NCBI GenBank assembly: GCA_964483295.1
Contig: CAZAAD010000004.1
Coordinates: 10,782-74,781, forward strand
Direction of reading: 5' to 3'
Length of the DNA stretch: 64,000 nt
DNA from: an uncultured Gammaproteobacteria bacterium
GTDB lineage: Bacteria; Patescibacteriota; Patescibacteriia; Patescibacteriales; UBA12465
Part shown: one piece after another, positions 37,980-47,350 of the stretch
How positions within the stretch are numbered: position 1 is the first letter of the stretch
How the letters are laid out: each line of letters begins with the position of its first letter
The notes under the pieces: generated by a model
What the model was told of the DNA's origin: nothing
Seen by the model: the letters and a program-made list of their open reading frames with translations, nothing else
The model's database searches: none
Program-made: the position numbers and the translations under genes

Positions 37980-39196
37980 TCAAACATCATTAAAATTATC
38001 ATTGCTACAACAACTGCTACCGAGAACGACTGTCGACGACTATCTCGCGCTAAAAAAGAAAGAAATAAAATTAATCCCAAAAAGGCAAACAACCCACTTT
38101 CTGCAAACGCCAGAATAAAAGCATTGTGCACCGGTTGATTAAGATAATTATTGGGTCGGCCGTTTAGCACTGCCTCTTGCACATAGTTGCCTGTCCCTAT
38201 CCCGAATAAGGGATTTTTTTTAATCATTTCTTCGGCATCCGACAAATAATCAATCCGTTCACTCAAAGAGGCCTGTTCTAATCGGGTAGCAGCATCTAAG
38301 CGCGTAAACACAAGTTCTCGATACGGAAAAACCGCTAACACAAATAGAATAACAGAAAAAAAGGAAACCGCTAAAAAGCGCTTTAAAACCCAACGATCTT
38401 CATTTTTTATAATAGCAATTAACAGACAAACCATGCCGACGGCATAAGCTAGCCAAGCCGCCCGAGAAAAAGAAAAAAACAGAGCAGCTAAAGATACAAA
38501 ATAGCTAAAAAATAAAAGTAATAATCCCCAAACATGAATCTGGGAATTGATAATTTTTTTGCGCGCTAATAAAAAAGCGGAAAACAATAAAGCAAAAACC
38601 AAAACTCCGCCTAAAATATTAGGATGATCTAGGCCGCCGTAAGCTCTAAGCCAGCGACCCGTGGTCGTTTCAATAACCGAGGAACCTAGTATCTGCGGAT
38701 CATGACTAGCAATACCTAAATATTTAGAAGCAAAGGTTTTTTGACTTAAAAACTGCCAGACGCCCAGGGCAGCATGTAAAAAAATACTTGATAAAAAAAC
38801 ATAAAGCGCTCTGATACGATTAAGACAGCTTTCTTGATAGGCAACATGATTCATTCCCTCGCGTAACAAATAAAATAAACCCAAACCGCCCAGAAAAATG
38901 AAATAGCGATGAGCGGCTAATAAAGTATCGGGAGCAAAAAAGAAAGAAATGAGAATGGCTATTTCTAGGATTGCTAAAAAATACCAAACTGGCGGAGTCT
39001 TTTTATCTTCATCGCGCCGGATTAGCTGATAGACAAAAAAACAAATTAAAGCCAACAGTAAAACCAGATGACTAACATACAAGCTAATCTCGTTAAAATT
39101 ATTAGTGTCTGCTCGCAAAATTAATTTAGTCTGCCAAGGAAGCAAAAAGACAAAGAGCAGTAAAAATACTTCAGTTAATTTTCGTAATGATTTCAT
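37916..39196 (-). CDS. O-antigen ligase / Wzy_C-family polytopic membrane protein
   Basis: About 10 TM segments with FSFSRAAWLAYAVG and PVHNAFILAFAESGLFAFLG motifs. The ATG at 39196 (MKSLRKL...) is preferred over the TTG at 39223. Confidence 0.65.
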   Translation of the reverse strand: MKSLRKLTEVFLLLFVFLLPWQTKLILRADTNNFNEISLYVSHLVLLLALICFFVYQLIRRDEDKKTPPVWYFLAILEIAILISFFFAPDTLLAAHRYFIFLGGLGLFYLLREGMNHVAYQESCLNRIRALYVFLSSIFLHAALGVWQFLSQKTFASKYLGIASHDPQILGSSVIETTTGRWLRAYGGLDHPNILGGVLVFALLFSAFLLARKKIINSQIHVWGLLLLFFSYFVSLAALFFSFSRAAWLAYAVGMVCLLIAIIKNEDRWVLKRFLAVSFFSVILFVLAVFPYRELVFTRLDAATRLEQASLSERIDYLSDAEEMIKKNPLFGIGTGNYVQEAVLNGRPNNYLNQPVHNAFILAFAESGLFAFLGLILFLSFLARDSRRQSFSVAVVVAMIILMMFDHWLLSLPFGILFFFFILGLI

Positions 39197-40070
39197 GTTT
39201 TTTATCTTTAAAAATAGAAGCAAACTGCTGACGACGATCGCCCAGATAGAGCTTCAGTATGCTATCGGTAATAACTACACCATCTGAGTTTTCCCGCGCT
39301 GCTAATAGAGCTGGCGCCATTATTTTTAACTGTAGCCACTTGGCTAATTTTTCGCCTCTGCTCATTTTTACAGGACTATTCTGATTAATACTTATCTCAT
39401 TATTAATATTAGGAAAACGAGCTAAACTATTGGCCTGTAAAAATTTCTCCCAGGTATGACGATAATTATAAAGCGGCACCAAGCCTCTTTGCCAATAATA
39501 AAAATAAGGGTCTCCTGTTGGTAAAGCTAGCGCGGAAATATTTAAATTATCGGCAGCAATATAAAAACTCAAACAGATTTTATCCTTCTTTTTTCGACTA
39601 GTCGGTCGACGGTTGAGAATTTTTGCTAAACCAGCACAACACAAACGACTAAGCCAAATTTTTCCCGGTTTAGTGATAATAAAAAAATCAATATCACTGC
39701 CGGAACGTAAATTATGACGGCCAATAAAATTAGCGGCCGCCACCGCTATCACTCCAGGAAACCAAGAAAATAAACGACTAAAACGACGAGCAATTTTTAA
39801 TTTCGCACAAGAATAATTATAGCGTGCCTGACGGATATCAATTACCTCCCGTCGACCAGGTAGAAAATAAAAACCCTGACTCTCCTGAATAATACCCTGA
39901 CTATTTAATTCATCCAGTATGGAAAAAATCTGTGGTAAAGAAAATTTGTCATCAAGATAATAATTAATTTCGTAAGCGGTAGGCGGATAATCAAAGATAT
40001 CTAAAAAAATAACCGGCTCTAAAACGGCACTAAAATTTTTATTAGTTTCTACTTTTTCTTCAGCTAGCAT
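39171..40070 (-). CDS. putative winged-helix + Pol-beta-type nucleotidyltransferase-fold protein
   Basis: N-terminal wHTH-like segment (LPQIFSILDELNSQGIIQESQGFYFL). The FIGRHNLRSGSDIDFFIITK pattern fits a minimal NTase G-x(n)-S-D-x-D. Confidence 0.45.
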   Translation of the reverse strand: MLAEEKVETNKNFSAVLEPVIFLDIFDYPPTAYEINYYLDDKFSLPQIFSILDELNSQGIIQESQGFYFLPGRREVIDIRQARYNYSCAKLKIARRFSRLFSWFPGVIAVAAANFIGRHNLRSGSDIDFFIITKPGKIWLSRLCCAGLAKILNRRPTSRKKKDKICLSFYIAADNLNISALALPTGDPYFYYWQRGLVPLYNYRHTWEKFLQANSLARFPNINNEISINQNSPVKMSRGEKLAKWLQLKIMAPALLAARENSDGVVITDSILKLYLGDRRQQFASIFKDKKHEIITKIN

Positions 40071-41178
40071 TTTTTGGCTTTTCTATTTTAAGCGGCTCAA
40101 TATCGCCGCCAACATCAGTAATTCGAGTTATGTCTTTATCAATTTTTTTGAATTCAACATAGGCGTTGTTGTAATGATTTACCATCGTTGACATACTCAG
40201 TCCTAGCTTCTTCATAAACTCATCGTAGCTAAGAATATGCTTACCTAATTTTTCAATATTAATGCGTATTTCCTTAGCTTTTTCCTCAATTTGCATGGCT
40301 TTTAGGCCCTGAAGTACTGTCTGTAAATAAGCTAAAAAAGAAGTGGGGGAAACAATAATAACCTTCTTATCTCGAAACGCGTATTCTATTAAATCGCGCG
40401 TATTAACCTTAACTGCGCCCACTTTATTAATTAGCAAATCATAATAAATTGCTTCCGAAGGAATAAACATAAAAGCAAATTCCATCGTTTTTTTCTCCGG
40501 CAAGACATACTTAGCGGTTTCATCAATCCGATTTTTTAAGTCCTGCTTAAACTGCTGCTCAAACTTTTCTCTAGCCTCCTTATCGGTGGCATTTAAAATA
40601 CGTTCATAGTTCTCTAGGGAAAACTTAGCATCAATCGGAATAACTTTATCTTTCACAAAAACCACCGCATCAACAATTAAGTCCTTACCGGTCTTATCAT
40701 CTTTACCAAAACTATATTGCATTTGATAGGAGTTGGGCGGCAAAACATTTTTTAAAGTTTCTTCTAAAAAATATTCTCCCAAAACTCCACGCTGTTTTGG
40801 ATTTTTTAAAATATCTTGAAGGTTTTGAAGCTGAGAAGAAAAATTAACAACCTGTTTATTGGTTTCATCAAGCTTGGTCAATTTCTCAGTCACATCAGAA
40901 ATTAATTTAGCTGATTGATTGGTAATATTTTGCACTATCTTGGCAGTTTGGCCAAACTGCTCTTGATTAGCACGATGCGTCTCTGATAATTTACGATCAA
41001 GCTCAGAGCGCAAATCAGTGTTCTGTTGAGATAATTGCGAGAGCTTTTCCGATTGTTGCGCCAGCCTCTCCATTAGGGGAATCATCTGAGCTTCTAAGCT
41101 ATTGCCCTTTTTCTTAAGCAAAAGATATATAACCGCCGCTAGGGCTGCTAATATTAAAATAAACAAAAAAGTATCCAT
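40060..41178 (-). CDS. rmuC: DNA recombination protein RmuC
   Basis: N-terminal TM, long coiled coil, then the conserved core VVFVKDKVIPIDAKFSLENYERI...MFIPSEAIYYDL...VIIVSPTSFLAYL. Confidence 0.85.
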   Translation of the reverse strand: MDTFLFILILAALAAVIYLLLKKKGNSLEAQMIPLMERLAQQSEKLSQLSQQNTDLRSELDRKLSETHRANQEQFGQTAKIVQNITNQSAKLISDVTEKLTKLDETNKQVVNFSSQLQNLQDILKNPKQRGVLGEYFLEETLKNVLPPNSYQMQYSFGKDDKTGKDLIVDAVVFVKDKVIPIDAKFSLENYERILNATDKEAREKFEQQFKQDLKNRIDETAKYVLPEKKTMEFAFMFIPSEAIYYDLLINKVGAVKVNTRDLIEYAFRDKKVIIVSPTSFLAYLQTVLQGLKAMQIEEKAKEIRINIEKLGKHILSYDEFMKKLGLSMSTMVNHYNNAYVEFKKIDKDITRITDVGGDIEPLKIEKPKNAS

Positions 41179-41241
41179 AGTATTTGAAATTATTATGCTT
41201 TCTTTATTATATATCTTTTAATACTTTTTGGGCATATTGAC

Positions 41242-41270
41242 AAAAAAACCGGATTTTACCCGGTTTTTTC
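41242..41270 (-). terminator. rho-independent terminator after mscL
   Basis: accgg / ccggt stem (41248-41252 / 41260-41264) extended by A/T-run pairing, followed by a T-run on the minus strand. Confidence 0.6.
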
Positions 41271-41299
41271 TATAATTAATCTCTGTCGTAAAACTTATT

Positions 41300-41743
41300 T
41301 TAATTTTTTTGCTCCTTCAAAATATCTCTGATTTCGGCTAGCAATTTCTGTTCTTCACTAATTTTTGGTGCCGCTTCCTTTTTTTCCGCATCTTCTTCCC
41401 TAATTAATCTCTTTTTGACTCTAGTTAATAACTTAATCATCAAGAAAATTGAGGAAGCAATTACTAAGAAGTCAAAAATATTCTGAACAAAGGTGCCGAC
41501 ATTCATAGTAACAGCAGCCTGAGTTATTGCGCCGCCTTCATCTAAAACTGCTTGCTTTAAAATAACTTTCCAGCTGGTAAAATTTACGCCACCAGCCAAA
41601 ACACCGATGAGTGGCATCACAATATCGGCTACAAGTGAAGAAACAATCTTGCCGAAGGCGCCACCGATGATAACGGCAACGGCTAAATCAACAACATTGC
41701 CTTTGACCGCGAACTCACGGAACTCTCGCCAATATCTTTTCAT
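41300..41743 (-). CDS. mscL: large-conductance mechanosensitive channel
   Basis: FREFAVKGNVVDLAVAVIIGGAFGKIVSSLVADIVMPLIG is a near-canonical MscL N-terminus. Confidence 0.93.
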   Translation of the reverse strand: MKRYWREFREFAVKGNVVDLAVAVIIGGAFGKIVSSLVADIVMPLIGVLAGGVNFTSWKVILKQAVLDEGGAITQAAVTMNVGTFVQNIFDFLVIASSIFLMIKLLTRVKKRLIREEDAEKKEAAPKISEEQKLLAEIRDILKEQKN

Positions 41744-41755
41744 ATATTTAGATAA

Positions 41756-44293
41756 TTAAACCCAGGTTACGCCCGCGACTTGATCCGATGATTCTTTGAA
41801 GCGCATCACGCGAACTCCTTGTGTATCACGACCTAAAATACTAACAGTCTTAAACGGCGTACGGATAACTTGTCCTTTTTCAGAAATTACAATCAAGTCC
41901 TTGCCTTCCATGTTATCAGCGTTTACCAAGAAAGCGTTAGTAATATCTCCGGTCTTATCAGTTACTTTAGCCGTCTTAATGCCGCTACCGCCGCGACCCT
42001 GAACTTTGTAGGCATTAAGTTCGGTACGCTTGCCATAACCCTTAGCCATAATCGTAATAATCTGATAGTTACGCTTGCGCTCCTTGTCAGTCTTGGCGAC
42101 TCCCATACCGATAACAGTATCATTTTTATGCAATCTAATACCGATAACACCGGCAGCCGAGCGACCCATGTCACGAACATCAGTTTCCTTGAAGCGGATA
42201 GCCTGTCCTTGAGCAGTCACTAACTGAATATGGTCACTACCGGAAGTCGGCTTTACCCAGGTAAGCTTATCATCATCTTTAATCTTAATCGCAATTAGTC
42301 CGCTGCGTCTAACATTCTTAAACGCTTCTAGTTCTACTTTCTTAACTAAACCTTTTTCAGTAGCAAAGAATAAATATTTACTAAAGACTGCTTTATCTAA
42401 AGGCAAAATAGAAGACACTTGTTCACCGCTCAGTAGCTGCAAGAAATTAACCACTGGCGTTCCCTTGGCAATACGTGAGGCCTGAGGAATTTCATAAACT
42501 TTTAATTGAAAAACCCGACCCTTGGTCGTAAAGAAAAGAATGTCATTATGAGTAAGACTGGTAAACATAAACTGCACCGTGTCTTCCTCTTTGGTTGTTA
42601 GTCCCATCACGCCTTTGCCGCCCCGGGCTTGAACTTTAAAAGTATCCGGCTCTAAGCGCTTAATATAACCGTCTCTTGTCATCATGACAACGGTTTCTTC
42701 ATTAGGGACTAAGTCTTCCATACTAAATTCGCCCACGCCACCGGCCACAACCGCTGTTTTGCGTTCGTCACCATATTTTTCCGCTAACACCTTTAACTCA
42801 TCTTTTACAATACTGCGGATTTTGGCCACTGACTTCAAGATACTTTCCAATTCTTTAATTAAGAGCATCTTTTCCTTTAATTCTTCTTCAACTCTTAACT
42901 GCTCCAGGTTGGCTAAATTCTGCAAGCGCATTTCTAAAATAGCGATTGACTGTCTATCTGATAATTTAAACTTCTTAATTAAGTTGGCCTTAGCAGTCTC
43001 TTTATCTTTAGAAGCTTTGATGGTTTTAATAACCTCATCAATATTCTTTAAGGCAATCATTAAGCCCTCAAGAATATGGGCCCTATCTTTAGCTTTATCT
43101 AAATCAAACTGCGTGCGGCGTTTAACAACTTCAACTCGATGCTTGATATACTCTTCCAAAATCATTTTCAAAGTCAAAACTTTCGGCTGAATACCATCAA
43201 TCAACGCTAGCATGTTTAAATGAAAGGTGGTTTGCAGGCTAGTGTGTTTATATAAAGCATTAAGGATTTTCTTGGGATAAGAATCTTTTTTAAGTTCAAT
43301 CACAATGCGCACACCATCCTTATCGGATTCATCACGCAATGCTTTAATTCCTTCAACTTTTTTATCTTTAACCAAGTCCGCAATCTTTTCTACTAAATCT
43401 GATTTATTTACTTGATAAGGGATTTCCGAAATAATAATTTGGAAGCCGCCTGATTTCTCTTCAATAATATCAGCCTTGCCACGTAAAACTACGCCGCCAC
43501 GACCAGTCGCATAAGCAGTGAGAATATCCTTCTTATTATATATAATGCCGCCGGTCGGAAAATCCGGACCCTTAACAAACTGCATTAAGTCTTCAATACT
43601 GGCATCGGGATTTTCGGCCAGATGCTCAATCGCGGCCGCCAGTTCTCGTAAATTGTGCGGCGGGATATTAGTAGCCATACCAACCGCAATTCCCATTGTA
43701 CCGTTTAAAAGTAGGTTTGGTAATTTAGCCGGCAAAACTCTTGGTTCTTTGTGGCTACCATCAAAATTAGGAATGAAGTCAACCGTATTCTTATCAATAT
43801 CTAAAAGCATTTCTTCAGAGATGGCTGATAGTTTGGCTTCGGTATAACGCATCGCCGCTGCATTATCGCCGTCCATGGAGCCGAAGTTTCCCTGGCCACG
43901 TACCAATGGATAACGCATCGCGAAATCTTGAGCCATTCTGACCATTGAATCGTAAACCGCCAAATCGCCGTGAGGATGGTACTTACCTAAAACTTCACCA
44001 ACAACAGTTGCTGACTTTCTAAATTTCGCACTTGATTTCAAACCGATACTCCACATCGCGTATAAAATACGACGATGAACAGGCTTAAGACCATCGCGCA
44101 CATCCGGTAAGGCACGAGAAACAATTACGCTCATCGCGTAGTCAAGATAAGACTTACTCATCTCTTCCGTAATCGGCTGGTCTTCAACAATGCCAAATTC
44201 GGTCTGACGGCGTGCATTACCAAGCGGAGCTTCCTCTTCAGGAATAATTTGCGGCTCTTTTATTTCTTCATTATCTTTATCTTTGTTAGGCAT
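41756..44293 (-). CDS. gyrA: DNA gyrase subunit A
   Basis: [22 protein letters not shown], and active-site [10 protein letters not shown]; C-terminal beta-pinwheel repeats. Confidence 0.97.
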   Translation of the reverse strand: MPNKDKDNEEIKEPQIIPEEEAPLGNARRQTEFGIVEDQPITEEMSKSYLDYAMSVIVSRALPDVRDGLKPVHRRILYAMWSIGLKSSAKFRKSATVVGEVLGKYHPHGDLAVYDSMVRMAQDFAMRYPLVRGQGNFGSMDGDNAAAMRYTEAKLSAISEEMLLDIDKNTVDFIPNFDGSHKEPRVLPAKLPNLLLNGTMGIAVGMATNIPPHNLRELAAAIEHLAENPDASIEDLMQFVKGPDFPTGGIIYNKKDILTAYATGRGGVVLRGKADIIEEKSGGFQIIISEIPYQVNKSDLVEKIADLVKDKKVEGIKALRDESDKDGVRIVIELKKDSYPKKILNALYKHTSLQTTFHLNMLALIDGIQPKVLTLKMILEEYIKHRVEVVKRRTQFDLDKAKDRAHILEGLMIALKNIDEVIKTIKASKDKETAKANLIKKFKLSDRQSIAILEMRLQNLANLEQLRVEEELKEKMLLIKELESILKSVAKIRSIVKDELKVLAEKYGDERKTAVVAGGVGEFSMEDLVPNEETVVMMTRDGYIKRLEPDTFKVQARGGKGVMGLTTKEEDTVQFMFTSLTHNDILFFTTKGRVFQLKVYEIPQASRIAKGTPVVNFLQLLSGEQVSSILPLDKAVFSKYLFFATEKGLVKKVELEAFKNVRRSGLIAIKIKDDDKLTWVKPTSGSDHIQLVTAQGQAIRFKETDVRDMGRSAAGVIGIRLHKNDTVIGMGVAKTDKERKRNYQIITIMAKGYGKRTELNAYKVQGRGGSGIKTAKVTDKTGDITNAFLVNADNMEGKDLIVISEKGQVIRTPFKTVSILGRDTQGVRVMRFKESSDQVAGVTWV

Positions 44294-44315
44294 ATTATCA
44301 TCAAACTATTACAAA

Positions 44316-44795
44316 CTAATAAGCGATTTGAGTAATTCCTTCACAACCAGCGGGAATTTGGCAAGACCTTGGCTCGCCAATTGTTGGCATACAATTAATC
44401 CATTCTGGACAATTAATATTTCTCGGAATAGTAATATCCTCTGGCAATCCCGGAGTAGTAGTTGCATCAGGTGTTACCGGTAACAATATTTCATCAGACG
44501 AAGAAGCTGAATTTTTAGCCTCTTCTATCAACTCATTTAACATCTCATTAGCGTCATCTTTAAGACGAGAATTTTCTTCCAATTTCTGTTCTAATTCACC
44601 TAGGGAATTACTGATTTCTTCCTTCACTATTCCTAAATCTAGATTGGAGTCAGAATTTGATTGCCAAACATTTTTTAGGTTATACGCCCAAAAAGCAAAA
44701 ACTAAAGCAGCTAAAATAATTACAACCGGCCACATCATTTGTTGCTTCTTGTGCTCTGACCATTTGTCTTCATTCGTCTTATCTTCGTGCGCCAT
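44316..44795 (-). CDS. single-pass membrane protein with coiled-coil and C-terminal 4-Cys motif, function unknown
   Basis: TM helix WPVVIILAALVFAFWAY; the C-terminus is NCPEWINCMPTIGEPRSCQIPAGCEGITQIAY. Confidence 0.5.
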   Translation of the reverse strand: MAHEDKTNEDKWSEHKKQQMMWPVVIILAALVFAFWAYNLKNVWQSNSDSNLDLGIVKEEISNSLGELEQKLEENSRLKDDANEMLNELIEEAKNSASSSDEILLPVTPDATTTPGLPEDITIPRNINCPEWINCMPTIGEPRSCQIPAGCEGITQIAY

Positions 44796-44806
44796 ATTTT
44801 TATATT

Positions 44807-45409
44807 TTACTCCTTGATACCATCCAAATTTACATCATATAAGATGCTCTCCATAAACAAGCGGTATTTCAACATCTCTTCTTCAGTAAACCAAATCTTA
44901 ATTTCTCTTTCTGCTTCTTCTGGCTTATCTGAGCAATGAATTAAATTACGCACCGCTCGTTCGTCCAAATTTGCTAAACCGAAAGAATCAATCGTATAAT
45001 CACCACGAATCGTGCCACCATCAGAAGATAGGGGCTCAGTTGAACCAACTAATTTTTTAACAATACCAACTGACTGATTTCCCTCCCAAACCATCGGGAC
45101 AACTGGTCCGCAAGTCATAAACTTTACTAAAGCGCCAATAATATCACGGCCGTATTCAATAGCTTCTTTAGTAATTGGCAAACCAGCCGACTTTCTATTT
45201 TCAACAGTTAACTCACCTTTCTTTAAAAACCATTCTTCATCTTTATTATAATGGGTCCAACATTGTTCTTCGGTGGCCATGTTCATTTTTAAGGCGACCA
45301 ATTTTAAACCCGTGCTCTCTATTCTTTTAATAATCTCACCGACTAAGCCACGTTGTACGGCATCCGGTTTCAGAATAACTAAGGTTCTTTCTTTTTTGGG
45401 GTTTGTCAT
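44807..45409 (-). CDS. ndk: nucleoside-diphosphate kinase, long form with insertions
   Basis: ERTLVILKPDAVQRGLVGEII, TCGPVVPMVWEG, GTIRGDY, and active-site NLIHCSD. It is 200 aa versus ~140-150 for typical bacterial Ndk. Confidence 0.85.
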   Translation of the reverse strand: MTNPKKERTLVILKPDAVQRGLVGEIIKRIESTGLKLVALKMNMATEEQCWTHYNKDEEWFLKKGELTVENRKSAGLPITKEAIEYGRDIIGALVKFMTCGPVVPMVWEGNQSVGIVKKLVGSTEPLSSDGGTIRGDYTIDSFGLANLDERAVRNLIHCSDKPEEAEREIKIWFTEEEMLKYRLFMESILYDVNLDGIKE

Positions 45410-45418
45410 AAGTTTTAT

Positions 45419-46063
45419 TTAAATGCTTAATATTACTAATTCCATATCTTCCTGGGGAAGATCTTTTTTAGAAATTTTTAATTTCTCTTCATAAATCGGC
45501 TCGATTCCTAATTCTTTGATAAACTTATCAAGCGAGTCTAATTCCAGCTTCAAACCCTCTGTCTGATAGTGCATCGGAATAACCATGCGCGGCTCAATCT
45601 GAGAAATTACCTCAACTGCTCCTTTAGCATCGAGCGTATATTTGCCGCCTACTGGAATTAACAAAATATCAGTGCCAACTAACTTTTCCAACTGAGAATT
45701 ATCAAGCGGCGCACCTAAATCACCTAGGTGCGCAACTGAAATATCATCTATCTCCATTCTATATATAATATTGCGACCTCTTTCGGCTCCACTTTTGTCA
45801 TCATGAAAAGAATCAATCCCTTCCACTAAAACACCTTTAAAATCATATTCACCGGCGCAATCAATCACAAAAGGATTACCACGCAATGTCTCAACATTAT
45901 TATGGTCATCATGATTGTGCGACACAGTTACAATATCCGCCTCAAAGTTAGGCACTTTAAGACCAATATCTTTACCGAATGGATCAGTTACAACTGTCAC
46001 CCCTTCTGGACCGACCTTGTCTTGAATTTTAAAACAGGAATGTCCCTGCCAAGTAATCATCAT
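45419..46063 (-). CDS. metallo-beta-lactamase-fold hydrolase (UPF0173-like)
   Basis: MITWQGHSCFKI start and VSHNHDDH metal motif. The ATG at 46063 is preferred over the TTG at 46078. Confidence 0.75.
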   Translation of the reverse strand: MMITWQGHSCFKIQDKVGPEGVTVVTDPFGKDIGLKVPNFEADIVTVSHNHDDHNNVETLRGNPFVIDCAGEYDFKGVLVEGIDSFHDDKSGAERGRNIIYRMEIDDISVAHLGDLGAPLDNSQLEKLVGTDILLIPVGGKYTLDAKGAVEVISQIEPRMVIPMHYQTEGLKLELDSLDKFIKELGIEPIYEEKLKISKKDLPQEDMELVILSI

Positions 46064-46107
46064 ATGAGTATAAAACAATAAAAATTGGGCTGATTTACCC
46101 TAAAATC

Positions 46108-46136
46108 ATTATAACAAAGCCAGACACCAAGGTCAA
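46108..46136 (-). promoter_or_regulatory. sigma70-type promoter for the MBL-ndk-...-gyrA-mscL gene string
   Basis: On the minus strand: TTGACC (46136-46131), 17-bp spacer, TGtTATAAT (-10 at 46113-46108). Confidence 0.55.
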
Positions 46137-46193
46137 CCAGGGAACCGTGGATATAGCCAACCTAATTAACGATAATTATCTTTTAATATTAGC

Positions 46194-46227
46194 AATAAAA
46201 AAAGGACTCGTGGTTTAAACGAGTCCT
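46194..46227 (-). terminator. rho-independent terminator after the 325-aa orphan gene
   Basis: Stem aggactcg / cgagtcct (46203-46210 / 46220-46227), followed by a run of 8-9 T on the minus strand. Confidence 0.75.
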
Positions 46228-46256
46228 CAAATTTCTTTTACTTTTTACGGACATAA

Positions 46257-47234
46257 TTACCTACTAAAATTCGTAATCACGATGTTGTCGCGATTAACAG
46301 TAATCTGATCCGAACCAGCTTTTCCGCGAGCCATCATTGGCCTACGAAGATCATTCACTAAAAGGATAAGAATGGCTTGCGTTGGTAAGCCACCAGCATC
46401 TTTATACTGGATTGGTAAAATATTCCAACCCAAGTATAGTTCAAGTTTTGTTGGCGCATTAGCCGGAATCACGGTCCCACGCGAAGCGCCCTCAGCGATG
46501 ATAAAATCAAATGGTAATTTAGATACCAATATTTTTTTTATCTCTTTACCGCTATTGGCCTGCATGATATCCCCAGCTTTAAATTCAAATTCTTCCTGTC
46601 CTTCAGTAATAATTTTATTTACCAGGGCCCAGGAATAATTTATACCAGTTTTAGTGGAACCATCTTCCTCAGCAACCAGAAACACTGGAAACAGAATTTC
46701 ACCTGTTTTTAAGGTGATTTGTTTGTTCGAGGCTTGACCAGCTTTCAGAGCTAAGCCACGGAATGGTTCCGAGGGAACGAAAATACTATATCCCTCAAGA
46801 CTGTTTTTAGGGGCCACGGTAACGTAGGCCCACCAGTCACCCGAGGCGACGTCCTTCATCCCGGCGTAGTCAATCGCGGGAACAGATTGGGTTGGCGGCA
46901 TTATTGCTTCATTAGCAGATGAGCGTCTAGTAGTACGTTGCTCCCCATCGGTGGAAAAATCTCTAATCGTAATTCGGTTACCTCGCTCCAAGGAACGAGA
47001 CAGTGACACCGGTCCGAGTTTTTCCTGGCCAACGTAATATTCATTGACCTGAAATGAGGCAACTCCGTTAGCGACATCCATGCTCACATTAACAATTTCG
47101 CGTGCCGGGACATTAATGCCGTTTACTTTCATGATTGAGCTCGTAGCATTTGCCACTTGCACGGTCTGCTTCTGAGCCAAAAGACTCAACGAGAAAAAAA
47201 TTCCAAAAATTAAAAGGAATACCAATTTTTTCAT
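46257..47234 (-). CDS. secreted protein of unknown function (monocistronic)
   Basis: Signal peptide MKKLVFLLIFGIFFSLSLLAQ, no recognisable motif; has its own consensus promoter and terminator. Confidence 0.6.
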   Translation of the reverse strand: MKKLVFLLIFGIFFSLSLLAQKQTVQVANATSSIMKVNGINVPAREIVNVSMDVANGVASFQVNEYYVGQEKLGPVSLSRSLERGNRITIRDFSTDGEQRTTRRSSANEAIMPPTQSVPAIDYAGMKDVASGDWWAYVTVAPKNSLEGYSIFVPSEPFRGLALKAGQASNKQITLKTGEILFPVFLVAEEDGSTKTGINYSWALVNKIITEGQEEFEFKAGDIMQANSGKEIKKILVSKLPFDFIIAEGASRGTVIPANAPTKLELYLGWNILPIQYKDAGGLPTQAILILLVNDLRRPMMARGKAGSDQITVNRDNIVITNFSR

Positions 47235-47313
47235 GATTTCTTATTTTTTAGTTAATATTAATTTTTTAAAGTTCTTTCATCAAAATTACTATTTTGACCT
47301 CAAATTATATCAT

Positions 47314-47342
47314 TTATAAATAGTTTTGTCAATATTTTAGCC
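47314..47342 (-). promoter_or_regulatory. perfect-consensus sigma70 promoter with extended -10
   Basis: On the minus strand: TTGACA (47342-47337), 17-bp spacer, TGaTATAAT (-10 at 47319-47314). Confidence 0.7.
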
Positions 47343-47350
47343 ATTACAAG

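Noticed and set aside
41238-41276. TTGACA ... TATAAT on the + strand, considered as a promoter.
   Set aside because: The hexamers are 27 bp apart, too far for a sigma70 promoter. The intervening sequence is the mscL terminator hairpin, and no + strand gene follows.
46120-46160. A GC-richer patch (ccagacaccaaggtcaaccagggaaccgtgg), considered as a small RNA such as SRP RNA.
   Set aside because: It does not match the SRP domain IV consensus. The region is better explained as the -35 element and upstream flank of the TTGACC-17-TGtTATAAT promoter on the minus strand.
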